In this document: positions 1 to 9,844 of the stretch, piece by piece | Layout: every line of letters begins with the position of its first letter | How positions within the stretch are numbered: position 1 is the stretch's first letter | Assembly: GCA_900754175.1 (NCBI GenBank) | Contig: CAAEBS010000130.1 | Span: forward strand, 1-42,683 | Reading direction: 5' to 3' | Length of the DNA stretch: 42,683 bases | Source: Clostridia bacterium | GTDB lineage: Bacteria > Bacillota > Clostridia > Oscillospirales > CAG-272 | Position numbers and translations under genes: made by a program | The notes under the pieces: generated by a model | The model's database searches: none | Told to the model about the DNA's origin: nothing | The model's input: the letters and a program-made list of their open reading frames with translations, nothing else

Positions 1-35
1 ACCTCCAATTTCTTTGCCCTTTTTCTCTGCTTTTA

Positions 36-77
36 CAAAAAAACAAAGCCCCCTCTTAAGCGAAAGAGGGGCTTTGT
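36..77 (-). terminator. Rho-independent terminator downstream of tadA
   Basis: GC-rich hairpin (caaagcccctct / agaggggctttg, about 44-76). On the minus strand it is followed by a T-run (A-run about 37-43 on plus). A second perfect hairpin (ccggcagagaat / attctctgccgg, about 91-116) overlaps the tadA stop codon. Confidence 0.7.
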
Positions 78-101
78 CAGTGATCTGAAACCGGCAGAGA
101 A

Positions 102-620
102 TCAATTCTCTGCCGGTTTTATAAATCCCTGTGAAACATCCTTTTGATTTTTCTGTCGTTTTTCCTGAAAAAACTCCCGTAGCAGATCTGCCGACTCCCC
201 TGCGCAAACGCCGTCACTTATGGAAAAAGCGTGGGAAAAGGGGTAGGCGTTGAAATTCAACACGCTTGCGCAACACCCTGCCGCCGGATCTTTCAGCGCA
301 TACACCACCCGGTCCACTCTGGCATTGACAATGGCGCCGGCGCACATGGGGCACGGCTCCAGTGTGACGTAAAGCGTGCATCCGCTCAGGCGCCACGAGC
401 CGAGCCGGCGGCAGGCTTCCTCAATGGCAAGCAGCTCTGCGTGTGCCGTTGCCATGCGGGCAGACTCTCTGAGATTCCCCGCCCCTGCAAGGATTTCGCC
501 GTCCTTTACCACCACGGCGCCCACCGGAACTTCGTCCTGTTCTGCCGCACGCCGGGCAAACTTCAGCGCCTCCCGCATGAAAAATTCGTCCTGCTTTTCG
601 CTGGTTCCGATTCTTTCCAT
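102..620 (-). CDS. tadA: tRNA-specific adenosine deaminase (CMP/dCMP deaminase zinc-binding fold)
   Basis: Carries the HAE (HAELLAIEE) and PCPMC zinc-ligand motifs at TadA-typical spacing and length. The ORF track extends to 665 and would overlap the upstream gene. The ATG at 620 (MERIG...) lies 11 nt after the upstream stop, so the exact start is uncertain. Confidence 0.9.
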   Translation of the reverse strand: MERIGTSEKQDEFFMREALKFARRAAEQDEVPVGAVVVKDGEILAGAGNLRESARMATAHAELLAIEEACRRLGSWRLSGCTLYVTLEPCPMCAGAIVNARVDRVVYALKDPAAGCCASVLNFNAYPFSHAFSISDGVCAGESADLLREFFQEKRQKNQKDVSQGFIKPAEN

Positions 621-631
621 TCCGCACCGCC

Positions 632-1624
632 TTACATGGCAAGCAGGATCAGAAGCGTCCCGCACGCAGAGAGGAGCGCCAGCACCCCGAACACGATGAT
701 AGTGGGCGAGGCAAGCATCCGCAGGCGATATCCGGCACTTACCGGATATTCGTCATAATCGTAGCTCTGCTCATACAGTCTGCCAAAGCTTCCGGTTTCC
801 CTCGGGTCTGGCGTTTCCTTTTTGGCTCTTTTCAGAAGCAGTGCAATGCAGAGGGCACCGCCACCGATCAGGAGAAACAACGTCAGGGCGTAGAGTCTGT
901 CCCAGTGCCACCATGCGTCGATATACTCCTGCAAAACCGAATACAGGTTATTGAAGAAATGCAGAAGCACGCCGCACCACAGCGAACCGATCCGCACGCA
1001 GATGATGCCAAGGACGATTCCGAGCATCGTGGTATAGAGAATCTGCAACACGTTCTGGTGCATCAGACCGAACAGGACGGCGCTTACGACGATCGCCGCC
1101 GTATTGCCGAAAGGCTTCAGTTGTGTCAGAATGGCGCCACGGAAAAGAAATTCCTCGCAGAGCGCCGGCACGACCGCAGTGGAAAAGATCGCCAGGATCA
1201 GCTCATAGACTGCCGGCGCTTCATCGGAGATCGAATCCATAGCTCCGGTATTGATATTGGGAAACAGCGTTAAAATCGTGAAACTGTTGACGTAGGCAAT
1301 GACAAGATTGAAAGCGATTCCGGCTATAATGATAACCGGCGTGAGTGCCGGGAGCCGGAAGCGGAGAGATACCGGACGGTATTCCGGGTGCCGTCTGGAA
1401 ATGAGGATCAGAAAGATCCCGGGCAGGACGAAGGACGCAAAATACGCTGTCATGGTGAGGATCTCACCGACGATTTGCGCCGTCACGTCCTCCAGATAAT
1501 ACGTAAGTACTTCGGAGATCACCTGTGCAACTATCGTAAGGGCATAAAACAGGAACAGAAACACCAGCATGGCGCCCCCGATTCTTGTAGCGGTACGTCG
1601 AAGCATTCTGTCGTTGTCCGTCAT
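632..1624 (-). CDS. CPBP-family intramembrane metalloprotease (CAAX protease / Abi family)
   Basis: Polytopic membrane protein with the EEFLFRG (EExxxR), FGLMHQN (FxxxH) and HFFNN (HxxxN) motifs. The start at 1624 (MTDNDR...) is preceded by GGAGG. The ORF track start at 1666 overlaps pgeF. Confidence 0.85.
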   Translation of the reverse strand: MTDNDRMLRRTATRIGGAMLVFLFLFYALTIVAQVISEVLTYYLEDVTAQIVGEILTMTAYFASFVLPGIFLILISRRHPEYRPVSLRFRLPALTPVIIIAGIAFNLVIAYVNSFTILTLFPNINTGAMDSISDEAPAVYELILAIFSTAVVPALCEEFLFRGAILTQLKPFGNTAAIVVSAVLFGLMHQNVLQILYTTMLGIVLGIICVRIGSLWCGVLLHFFNNLYSVLQEYIDAWWHWDRLYALTLFLLIGGGALCIALLLKRAKKETPDPRETGSFGRLYEQSYDYDEYPVSAGYRLRMLASPTIIVFGVLALLSACGTLLILLAM

Positions 1625-1625
1625 T

Positions 1626-2489
1626 TTATACCTCCAGTTTCCCGCTTGCTTCCCCGTCGGGCGCAAGCGATTTTTTCTCTCTCAGAAAGATTACCGATAA
1701 CATGGTTCCCCGTTTTCCCCCGCTTTTGCGGTGAGAAAAGAAGACCTCCGGCAGGCAAGCCGTGCAGGAATCGGAAACATCCACGTTCTCCGGGAGCACC
1801 CCGGCGTCCAGAAGAAGCCGGCGATTGATCTCTTTCAGGTCTGCGTGCCATTTCCCGTCATTTCCCGACGGGCGGATCAGCTCCGCCGCCACGTTCTCCC
1901 CGAGTTTGTCGGCAAAACTATGAAAAAATTCCTCCCCCACCTCGTAGCAACAGGCACCGATCGAGGGACCGATTGCCGCCCGGATTGTTTCCGGCGCCAC
2001 ACCGAGCCCCTTCATCTGTCCGACCGCAACCGCAGAGATCCCCGCAAGCGTTCCACGCCACCCGGCATGAACGGCGGCAATGCAGGCGCCGGATCTTTCG
2101 CCCTGCCCGTACAGAAGCACCGGCACACAGTCGGCAGTTCGCACGCCGAGCACGATTCCGTCGTCAGTGGTCAGATAGCCGTCCGCAGGTTCGGTCGTCC
2201 CGTAGTAATACCCCTCGCCGGCGTGGCTCTTATCCACCCGGCGCACCTTTGCCGAATGAATCTGCTCTGCCGAGATCACCCGGTGCGCATCAAATCCGAC
2301 CGCCTCGCCGAAAAGCGCAAGATTGGCAAGCACGGTCTCATCGGGATCGCCTCTGCCGAAGCCGAGATTCAGAGCGGCGGTATGCGGCAGGCGGCTGACG
2401 CCGCCGATGCGGGTAGCAAATGCGTGCGGGCACGGCAAAAGTTCCGAGTATTCGTAAACCACGCCGTTTGAAGCCGTAACTCTCCGCAT
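1626..2489 (-). CDS. pgeF: Peptidoglycan editing factor PgeF / YfiH (DUF152, polyphenol-oxidase-like)
   Basis: Carries the TADCVPV, AVHAGWRGT and CCYEVG motifs typical of the YfiH/PgeF family. The start at 2489 (MRRVTASNG...) is preceded by GGAGAGGAG. The longer track ORF (to 2666) overlaps the upstream ORF. Confidence 0.88.
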   Translation of the reverse strand: MRRVTASNGVVYEYSELLPCPHAFATRIGGVSRLPHTAALNLGFGRGDPDETVLANLALFGEAVGFDAHRVISAEQIHSAKVRRVDKSHAGEGYYYGTTEPADGYLTTDDGIVLGVRTADCVPVLLYGQGERSGACIAAVHAGWRGTLAGISAVAVGQMKGLGVAPETIRAAIGPSIGACCYEVGEEFFHSFADKLGENVAAELIRPSGNDGKWHADLKEINRRLLLDAGVLPENVDVSDSCTACLPEVFFSHRKSGGKRGTMLSVIFLREKKSLAPDGEASGKLEV

Positions 2490-2511
2490 GGCGCACTCCT
2501 CTCCGTCAAAA

Positions 2512-2847
2512 TTATTTCCGGTAATACACGTAATAGGCGACCACCGTCCGCACCGTGCCGCCGTGCTCCAGATCGGGACCGGTAAGAACCACCCCGTCGT
2601 GCGAGAGCAGTTCCCATATCTGCAGATCGTCGATCTTACAGCGGAACAGCACGTCGGCGGAGGCATACAGAAGCATTTCGTCGTCCCGGATGTTCAGTCC
2701 GCCGCTCCGCCCGATCACCTCGTCCACGCCGTCACGCTTTTCGGTCACGTAGCGGATATGCTGTCCGTTGACCGCAAGCGCCATTTCCCGACGGAATTTT
2801 TTACTGTCGGGATTTCTACTTTTCGTCAGTTTTTTAAAAAGTCCCAT
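2512..2847 (-). CDS. Hypothetical protein, 111 aa, no family recognised
   Basis: The ORF fills the gap between the GH13 gene and pgeF on the same strand. Its ATG overlaps the GH13 stop codon (TAATG), indicating translational coupling. The protein is soluble, with a basic N-terminus and no motif I can assign. Confidence 0.6.
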   Translation of the reverse strand: MGLFKKLTKSRNPDSKKFRREMALAVNGQHIRYVTEKRDGVDEVIGRSGGLNIRDDEMLLYASADVLFRCKIDDLQIWELLSHDGVVLTGPDLEHGGTVRTVVAYYVYYRK

Positions 2848-4745
2848 TACCGTGTCTCCTTCAGGATCACGCCCGACAGCGGCGGCAACATCCCGCCGTA
2901 CCGATGTCCGGTCAGAAGATCGGTCGTCTGCCCCGGCACAGCCACCGGCACAGGCTCCTTTTTCGCATTGACCAGCACCGTCAGGGAATATTCCCCGCTC
3001 CGGATATAGCCGATCACGCCGTCATGCGCCCGGATGATGCAGAAATCCCCGTCGGCAAAGACCGGCTCCGCTCCCCGGATTCTTCCCAGCTTCCGGTAAA
3101 AAGCAAGCAATTCCCGATCCTCGTGTCCCCACGGAAACGGACGGCGGCAAAACGGGTCGTGATAACCCTCCACGCCAACCTCGTCCCCGTAAAAGACGGA
3201 AGGAACGCCGTACACGGTGTACTGAAGAAGCGCACCGAGCTTCAGCCGGGCAAGCCCCAGCCGCCGGTCCTCGTTTGTCAGGAGCCGGTTTGCCAGAAAC
3301 GGGTTTGCCTCCTCCGCAAATTCAAGACCGCCGCCGAGTACCGTAAGAATCCGCTCGGTATCGTGCGTTCCCAGAAGATTCATCAGGCAGTCGCAGACGC
3401 ATTTCGGATAGGTGACGTAAATCTCTTTCAGCGTATCGGCAAGGCGTTCGGCGTCCTCGTTCAGCAGAAAATCCAACACGCCGCTGCGGAACGGATAGTT
3501 CATCACGCTGTCAAGCTGATCACCCCGCAAATACCGCCGCCGCTTTCCGTAAGCCACCTTTTCGGCGGCGTTTTCCCAGACCTCGCCGATGATGACCGCT
3601 TCTCCGTCGGTCGCCGATTTCGCCGTACTGCGAAGCTCGTCAAGCCAGCGATCGGTCAGCTCATCCGCCACGTCCAGCCGCCAGCCGGAGGTGCCCATGC
3701 GCAGATACTTTTCCACAACGCCCCCCTGCCCCACCAGGAATTCCCGACAACTGTCGCTTTCGGGATTGAGCTTGGGCAGGATCTCTATTCCCCACCAGGT
3801 TTTGTAGTGGTCCGGATAGTGGGTAAAACAGTACCAGTCACGGTAAGGCGAATCGGGGTTGGTATATGCTCCCGTGCCGCCGTAGGTGCCGTAACGGTCA
3901 AAGTACCGGCTGTCGTCCCCGGTATGATTGAACACGCCGTCCAGTATCACACGGATTCCAAGTTTCCCGGCGTGCTCCAGAAGCTCACGGAATGCCGGCT
4001 CCCCGCCGAACATCCCATCGATCTCCAGATAATCCCCCGTGTCGTATTTGTGGTTGGAATACGCCCGGAAGATCGGGCTGAGATACAGAATACTGACCCC
4101 CAGCGATTTCAGATACTCCAGCTTCTGGGAAACGCCCCACAGGTTGCCCCCGAAAAACACGTTGTTGGAAAGCTTTCCGCCCCGGTTTTCAGGATACTGC
4201 GGGATCCCGTTTTCCCAGTCCTCGTCAATGCAGGCGTCCTCCCGCATTTCCACCTCTCCCTCGCCACGGAAGAAACGGTCCACGAACACGTGGTACATGA
4301 TTCCGCCCCGGAACCACCCGGGCGTGCAGAAATCCTTTTTGTACACCAACAGCAGAAACCGCCCGGCAGAGCCGGCGGACAGCGTAAAGTCCAAGCCGTT
4401 CTGCGTATCGGTAAAGAGGGTGTCCAGCCCCCGCAGGAAGAGAAATTCATAATAAAACAATCCGCTCCCCGCTTCCCCGCACAGCAGGGCAGTATCCAGG
4501 GAGAGGCGGTAAGTATCCACGCCCGCTCCGGTACCGGTAAAGGAAAGCGGAAGATCCCGGCAGTCCTCCCCGTCCGGATACAGGCGCATGACAACCGCAG
4601 TGGCGCCCAGCTTGCGGGGCGTTTCCACCGTAAAGGTCACAACGTCCCCGCAGGCAAACGCCCCACGGTGGGACACGTCATTCTGATTGACGCTTTTCCG
4701 GATCACAGGGGAAGCTTCCCCTGTGATGTCTCTTTTTATCAGCAT
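2847..4745 (-). CDS. Glycoside hydrolase family 13, intracellular alpha-glucosidase / neopullulanase-like
   Basis: All four GH13 conserved regions are present: DGVFNHTG, GWRLDVADEL, IGEVWE and LLGTHDTER. There is no signal peptide, and the ~150-aa N-terminal domain matches the neopullulanase/cyclomaltodextrinase type. Confidence 0.88.
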   Translation of the reverse strand: MLIKRDITGEASPVIRKSVNQNDVSHRGAFACGDVVTFTVETPRKLGATAVVMRLYPDGEDCRDLPLSFTGTGAGVDTYRLSLDTALLCGEAGSGLFYYEFLFLRGLDTLFTDTQNGLDFTLSAGSAGRFLLLVYKKDFCTPGWFRGGIMYHVFVDRFFRGEGEVEMREDACIDEDWENGIPQYPENRGGKLSNNVFFGGNLWGVSQKLEYLKSLGVSILYLSPIFRAYSNHKYDTGDYLEIDGMFGGEPAFRELLEHAGKLGIRVILDGVFNHTGDDSRYFDRYGTYGGTGAYTNPDSPYRDWYCFTHYPDHYKTWWGIEILPKLNPESDSCREFLVGQGGVVEKYLRMGTSGWRLDVADELTDRWLDELRSTAKSATDGEAVIIGEVWENAAEKVAYGKRRRYLRGDQLDSVMNYPFRSGVLDFLLNEDAERLADTLKEIYVTYPKCVCDCLMNLLGTHDTERILTVLGGGLEFAEEANPFLANRLLTNEDRRLGLARLKLGALLQYTVYGVPSVFYGDEVGVEGYHDPFCRRPFPWGHEDRELLAFYRKLGRIRGAEPVFADGDFCIIRAHDGVIGYIRSGEYSLTVLVNAKKEPVPVAVPGQTTDLLTGHRYGGMLPPLSGVILKETR

Positions 4746-4754
4746 GAAAATTCC

Positions 4755-7190
4755 TTAATTTTTCGTATCGCTCAGCTTTTTCAGATTCCAGATGTTGTGC
4801 GCATATTCCTCGATTGCACGGTCGGCGGAGAAATAGCCGGCCGACGCAATGTTCATCAGCGACATCCGGTTCCACTTTTCCTTATTGGCATAATCCTGCA
4901 CGGCACGGAGGTGCGTGGTGCGATAGGATTCAAAATCGGCAAGGCACATATAGGGGTCGGCAATGCCCGGTCCCGTAAGCAGGTAGTTGGCAATATCCGA
5001 GAAGCTCTCTCCGGCAAAGCCGATATTCAGAGCGTTGATGGTCCGGCGGAGCTTTTCGTTGTTGGTGTAGAATTCTGAGCAGTTATAGCCTCTCGCCCAG
5101 ATATCGTCCACCTCCGCACTGGTAAGCCCGAAGATATACATATTGTCCTTGCCCGCCGCATTGAGCATTTCGATGTTGGCACCGTCCAGCGTGCCGATCG
5201 TCATAGCGCCGTTAATCATCAGCTTCATACAGCCGGTTCCGCTCGCTTCCTTGCCGGCAAGCGAGATCTGCTCGCTGATCTCCGCCGCCGGAACCAGCGC
5301 TTCCGCCAGGCTGACGTTGTAATCCTCAAGGAAGATGACTGCCAGCTTTTCCCGTGCCACGGGATCCCGGTCGATCTCCTGCCCAAGGCAATAGATCAGC
5401 TTGATGATATTTTTCGCCATATAATAGCCGGGCGCCGCCTTTGCCGCAAACAGGAAGGTCTGCGGCTGAATATCCAGATTCGGATTGTCCTTGATATCCA
5501 GATACAGTCCGATGATGTTCAGCGCATTGAGAAGCTGTCTCTTGTATTCGTGCAGGCGCTTGATCTGAACGTCATACAGCGAATGGGTGTCCAGCGCCCT
5601 GCCGGTCTTGCGGTACAGGTGGTTGGAGAAAGCGATCTTGTTCTTGTGCTTGATATCCCGCAGTTTTTGCAGTACCTCTTTGTCCTGCGCATACTTGGCA
5701 AATTCGGAAAGCTGCTCCGGATCGTGATGATAGCCCGTTCCGATGCACTCGTCCAGAAGCGAGGCGAGAAGCGGGTTGGAATAACACAGCCAGCGGCGGT
5801 GCGCAATTCCGTTGGTCACGTTGCAGAAACGCTCGGGATACATGGCGTAAAAGTCCTTGAACACCGAACGGGTCAGGATCTCGGAGTGCAGTTTGGAAAC
5901 GCCGTTAATTGAGTGGGAGCCGACCACGCTCAGGTTTGCCATGTGCACCTGACCGTAGCTGATCAGGCTCATCTTGGAGATCCGGTTCCAGTTTCCGGGG
6001 AAAGCTTTCCATGCGTCCTTGCAGAAGCGCTCGTTGATCTCCTTGATGATCGAATGGATTCTCGGCAGCTTCAGGCGGAACAAATCCTCGTTCCAGGTCT
6101 CAAGCGCCTCGGGCATGACCGTGTGGTTGGTGTAGGAGCAGACCACAACGACCGTCTTCCACGCCTTTTCCCACGGATAAAAGTATTCGTCCACAAGGAT
6201 CCGCATCAGCTCGGGGATACACAGCGCCGGGTGGGTATCATTGATGTGGATTGCCACCTTATCCGCCAGGTTGTCAAGCGTACCGTAGACCGCCATATGG
6301 TCCCGGATAATGCTCTGGCAGGAAGCCGACACCATAAAATACTGCTGGGAAAGGCGCAACAGCTTGCCCTCGGTATGGTTATCCGAGGGGTACAGCACCT
6401 TGGAGATGATCTCCGCATTGGTGCTCTCCTCCACGGCACGGGCATACTGTCCCTGCGTGAAAAGTCCCATATTGAAGTTGTGGATGTCCCTTGCACGCCA
6501 CAGCCGGAGCTGGCTTACCGCCTTGCTGTCCGCACCCGATATCATCATGTCGTAGGGGACCGCTTCCACCTCGTCATAGTTCTCATAGCTGATCTCCAGG
6601 TGTCCGTCCTTCCAGTTTTCCTTGACGTGACCGCCCATTTTCACGTGGTAAATGCGATCGGTTCTCGGCACCAGCCAGACCTCGCCGCCCGGCAGCCAGA
6701 TATCGGGCAACTCCACCTGCATTCCATCCACGATCATCTGCTTGAACAGACCGTATTCATAGCAGATAGAAAAGCCGGTCGCCGGATAATCCAGAGAGGA
6801 AAGAGCATCGAGATAGCACGCCGCAAGCCGCCCAAGACCGCCGTTTCCGAGTCCCGCATCCGGCTCGCACTCATACAGCGCCTCCAGGTCAAAGCCGAGA
6901 TCCTTCAGTGCGATCCGGTATTCCTCCGACAGCCCGAGGTTGCAGAGATTGTTTTTGAGCGATCTCCCCAGAAGAAACTCAATGGACATATAATACACCC
7001 GCTTGGCACCCTCTGCGTTTACCGCCTGCTTGAAATCCCCACGCTTCTGCGTCAGGATGTCTTTTACCGTCATGGCAACCGCTTTATACACCTGCTCGGC
7101 AGATGCGTCCTTCGGCGTACAGCCGAAATAACGGGAGAGCTTTGCCTCTATGCTGTCCTTTACTTCCGTTGGTTGGAGTTTCTGATTCAT
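4755..7190 (-). CDS. glgP: Glycogen/maltodextrin phosphorylase (GT35)
   Basis: Carries the PLP-lysine motif EASGTGCMKLMINGA and has full-length GT35 architecture. The ATG at 7190 (MNQKLQ...) has an AGGAACAGGAAA upstream region. The track start at 7235 is a TTG overlapping the glgA stop. Confidence 0.93.
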   Translation of the reverse strand: MNQKLQPTEVKDSIEAKLSRYFGCTPKDASAEQVYKAVAMTVKDILTQKRGDFKQAVNAEGAKRVYYMSIEFLLGRSLKNNLCNLGLSEEYRIALKDLGFDLEALYECEPDAGLGNGGLGRLAACYLDALSSLDYPATGFSICYEYGLFKQMIVDGMQVELPDIWLPGGEVWLVPRTDRIYHVKMGGHVKENWKDGHLEISYENYDEVEAVPYDMMISGADSKAVSQLRLWRARDIHNFNMGLFTQGQYARAVEESTNAEIISKVLYPSDNHTEGKLLRLSQQYFMVSASCQSIIRDHMAVYGTLDNLADKVAIHINDTHPALCIPELMRILVDEYFYPWEKAWKTVVVVCSYTNHTVMPEALETWNEDLFRLKLPRIHSIIKEINERFCKDAWKAFPGNWNRISKMSLISYGQVHMANLSVVGSHSINGVSKLHSEILTRSVFKDFYAMYPERFCNVTNGIAHRRWLCYSNPLLASLLDECIGTGYHHDPEQLSEFAKYAQDKEVLQKLRDIKHKNKIAFSNHLYRKTGRALDTHSLYDVQIKRLHEYKRQLLNALNIIGLYLDIKDNPNLDIQPQTFLFAAKAAPGYYMAKNIIKLIYCLGQEIDRDPVAREKLAVIFLEDYNVSLAEALVPAAEISEQISLAGKEASGTGCMKLMINGAMTIGTLDGANIEMLNAAGKDNMYIFGLTSAEVDDIWARGYNCSEFYTNNEKLRRTINALNIGFAGESFSDIANYLLTGPGIADPYMCLADFESYRTTHLRAVQDYANKEKWNRMSLMNIASAGYFSADRAIEEYAHNIWNLKKLSDTKN

Positions 7191-7231
7191 TTTCCTGTTC
7201 CTTTCCGAATTTCCGATTATAACCGTTCGGC

Positions 7232-8677
7232 TCAATCACAGATCGAGCGATACATTTCAAGATACTGCTTTGCGGACGCTTTCCATGAAAAATCGGTCCG
7301 CATGATCTTTCCGACAAAACGTCTGCGTTTGTCCTCGTTGCGCCACAGCGCAATTGCCGCACAGGTGCGCTCCATCAGCTCATCCGCACGGTAGCCGGCA
7401 AAGGTAAAGCCGTTGCCCATCATCTTGCCGTCGTCCTCCCAGTAGCCCTTGATGGAGTCGTAAAGTCCTCCCGTCTCCCGGACCACCGGAATGGCACCGT
7501 AGCGGGAAGCGATCATCTGGGAAAGCCCGCACGGCTCGCTCCGGGAGGGCATCAGGAAGATGTCGGCGGCGGCATAAATGCGCTTGGACAGCTCCCGGTC
7601 GTAGGTGATCAGCGCCTTTGCCTTGCCGGGGAAGGTGTCGGACAGCTCCCGGAAAAAGTTTTCATAGGAGCCTTCTCCCTTGCCGAGCACCACAAACTGA
7701 ACGTCCTGCTCTGCCAGAAGCCGGTAGATCATTTCCGAGATCAGATCCAGCCCCTTATGGGCGGCAAGGCGGGAAATGACGGCGATCAGCGGCGCTTCCT
7801 GCCGCTCGGGCAGCTCCAGCTCCTGCTGAAGCGCCGTTTTGTTCTGATATTTGCGGTCAAGCGTCCGCCACGAGTAGTTGGCGGCGATCGCCTTGTCTTT
7901 AGCGGGATTGTAATACTGATAGTCGATGCCATTGAGAATACCGCACAGCTTGCCGGCGTTTTCCCGCAGGACCGGGTCCAGCCCCTGTCCGTGCTCCGCC
8001 CCGCAGATCTCCTGCGCATACCGGGGGCTTACCGTACTGACCTCGTTTGCGCACACAATGGCGCCCTTCATCAGGTTGATACAGTTTTCATACTCCACGA
8101 TATGCCGGGAATCCTCCCCGAGGTCGAAAACGTCCCCCAGAATGGCAAAATCATATTTGCCCTGATATTCGATGTTGTGAATGGTGAACACCGTGCGGAT
8201 ATTCTCATATCCCCGGTAGCCACGGTACTTGCGGTCAAGATAGATCAGCGACAGCGCCGCCTGCCAGTCGTGTGCGTGGATGATGTCGGGGTAAAAGCCG
8301 ATCACCCCCAGCATATCAATTGCCGCCTTGCAGAAGAAGGCAAAGCGCTCACCGTCGTCGTACTCCCCGTAGAGGGAGGAACGCCTGAAATAATATTCAT
8401 TGTCGATAAAGTAATAGGTCACGCCGTCCTTGACCAGCGAGCGGATCCCGCAGTACTGCCTGCGCCACGCAAGCGACAGCTCATATTCCGCCACCACGGT
8501 CATCCGGCTTCTCCACTCCTGTGAAACCGCACCGTAAAGCGGCAGAACCACACGGACGTCCGCCTCGCTCCCCGCTTCCGCCGCAATGGCGGCGGGAAGC
8601 GAGCCGAGCACATCACCAAGCCCTCCGGTCGCCGCAAACGGCATTGCCTCGGAGCCGATAAACAATATTTTTTTCAT
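7232..8677 (-). CDS. glgA: Glycogen synthase (ADP-glucose type, GT5)
   Basis: The N-terminus MKKILFIGSEAMPFAATGGLGDV contains the KTGGL-like motif. The 481-aa length and position in the glg operon also fit GlgA. Confidence 0.93.
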   Translation of the reverse strand: MKKILFIGSEAMPFAATGGLGDVLGSLPAAIAAEAGSEADVRVVLPLYGAVSQEWRSRMTVVAEYELSLAWRRQYCGIRSLVKDGVTYYFIDNEYYFRRSSLYGEYDDGERFAFFCKAAIDMLGVIGFYPDIIHAHDWQAALSLIYLDRKYRGYRGYENIRTVFTIHNIEYQGKYDFAILGDVFDLGEDSRHIVEYENCINLMKGAIVCANEVSTVSPRYAQEICGAEHGQGLDPVLRENAGKLCGILNGIDYQYYNPAKDKAIAANYSWRTLDRKYQNKTALQQELELPERQEAPLIAVISRLAAHKGLDLISEMIYRLLAEQDVQFVVLGKGEGSYENFFRELSDTFPGKAKALITYDRELSKRIYAAADIFLMPSRSEPCGLSQMIASRYGAIPVVRETGGLYDSIKGYWEDDGKMMGNGFTFAGYRADELMERTCAAIALWRNEDKRRRFVGKIMRTDFSWKASAKQYLEMYRSICD

Positions 8678-8709
8678 GGAAAATCTCCTTTTTTGCCTAT
8701 TGCCCGCAA

Positions 8710-9843
8710 TCAGATCAGGCTGTTTTTCGGGATAAAGAACGGCATAGTCTCATGTCCCGAAAGATTTCTGCCGTCACGGATCACCGAGTTTTTATCGGCA
8801 ACCACGCAGTTGAGGAATACGTTGGTGCCCACGACCGAATCCTGGAACAGAATGGAATTGCGCACCACCGTTCCCTTTCCGATCCGGGTTCCACGGAAGA
8901 TGATGGAATTTTCCACCGTCCCCTCGATCAGACAGCCGTCCGCCACATAGCAGTTGGAAACCGAAGAATCCTTGGCGTAAATGGTGGGGGGAGAGTTCCG
9001 GAGCTTGGTATAAATGGGTCGGTTGTTGACGTTGAACAGTCCGTCCCGCACCTCCGGCTCCAGAAGCCGCATAGAAGCCGAAAAATAATTTTCCATCGAA
9101 TGGATAGGCATAAAGATTCCGTCGTACAGGTACCGGTAGATTCTGGCACTGCCAAGCCGTCTGGCAAGCGCCTCCCGGTAAAAGCGGGTGTAGCCGTGCG
9201 CCGCCGCATTTTCGATCAGATGAATGAGGAAGTGCCGGTTCACCACCACGATGTTGGTGCTGATCTCCGCCTCTGCACGGTTCTGGATCATGGTGGCAAG
9301 GTCGGTCACCCTGCCCTCCCCGTCGGAGGTCACCATAATGGTATCCTCGGGATTTCCGGTCTCCCCGGCAAGCGAGCGGCGGGTCACGATCGTCATATCC
9401 GCTCCCTTTTCCAGATGTGCGTGAAGCACCTCGGACAAATCAATGTTGAACACCCCATCGCAGTCCGACATCACGATGCAGTCCTCGTTGCACCGTGCCA
9501 GAAATCCGCTGACGCCCATCAAAGCTTCCAGTCTGGATGTATACAGCGTATTGACCGATGCGGGGTTGTATGTGTTGACAAAGGGCGGCAACAGGCGGAT
9601 ACCGCCCGAGCGTCTTGCCAGATCCCAGTCCTTTCCGGTCCCCAGGTGGTCCATCAGCGACTGGTAGTTGTTGTGCGTTATGATACCGATCTTGGTGATA
9701 CCCGAGTTCACCATGTTGGAAAGAGGAAAGTCGATCAGGCGGTACCGACAGCCGAACGGCACAGACGCCATGGTACGGATGTTGGTCAGCTCCTGCATTT
9801 CGGAGTCGTGAATATTGGAAAAGATCAATCCTGCCGTTGTCAT
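8710..9843 (-). CDS. glgD: Glucose-1-phosphate adenylyltransferase, regulatory subunit GlgD
   Basis: Paralogue of GlgC with a C-terminal left-handed beta-helix, but it lacks the GGxGxRL catalytic loop. It sits immediately after glgC, as in the Firmicute glgBCDAP operon. Confidence 0.88.
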   Translation of the reverse strand: MTTAGLIFSNIHDSEMQELTNIRTMASVPFGCRYRLIDFPLSNMVNSGITKIGIITHNNYQSLMDHLGTGKDWDLARRSGGIRLLPPFVNTYNPASVNTLYTSRLEALMGVSGFLARCNEDCIVMSDCDGVFNIDLSEVLHAHLEKGADMTIVTRRSLAGETGNPEDTIMVTSDGEGRVTDLATMIQNRAEAEISTNIVVVNRHFLIHLIENAAAHGYTRFYREALARRLGSARIYRYLYDGIFMPIHSMENYFSASMRLLEPEVRDGLFNVNNRPIYTKLRNSPPTIYAKDSSVSNCYVADGCLIEGTVENSIIFRGTRIGKGTVVRNSILFQDSVVGTNVFLNCVVADKNSVIRDGRNLSGHETMPFFIPKNSLI

Positions 9844-9844
9844 C

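Noticed and set aside
632-1624. CPBP/Abi-family protease as a possible abortive-infection or bacteriocin-immunity element
   Set aside because: There is no adjacent bacteriocin, phage or mobile-element gene. The gene is embedded with 1-11 nt spacing between the housekeeping genes pgeF and tadA, so family membership alone does not support a defence role.
2904-5078. 724-aa plus-strand ORF antisense to the GH13 gene and the 3' end of glgP. Similar long antisense ORFs lie at 5913-7394, 11246-13210, 20420-21868, 30281-31594, 37760-39115 and 39167-40462.
   Set aside because: Same explanation as above: mirror-frame ORFs opposite strongly supported genes. They have Arg/Pro/Gly-rich composition and no recognisable domains or RBSs.
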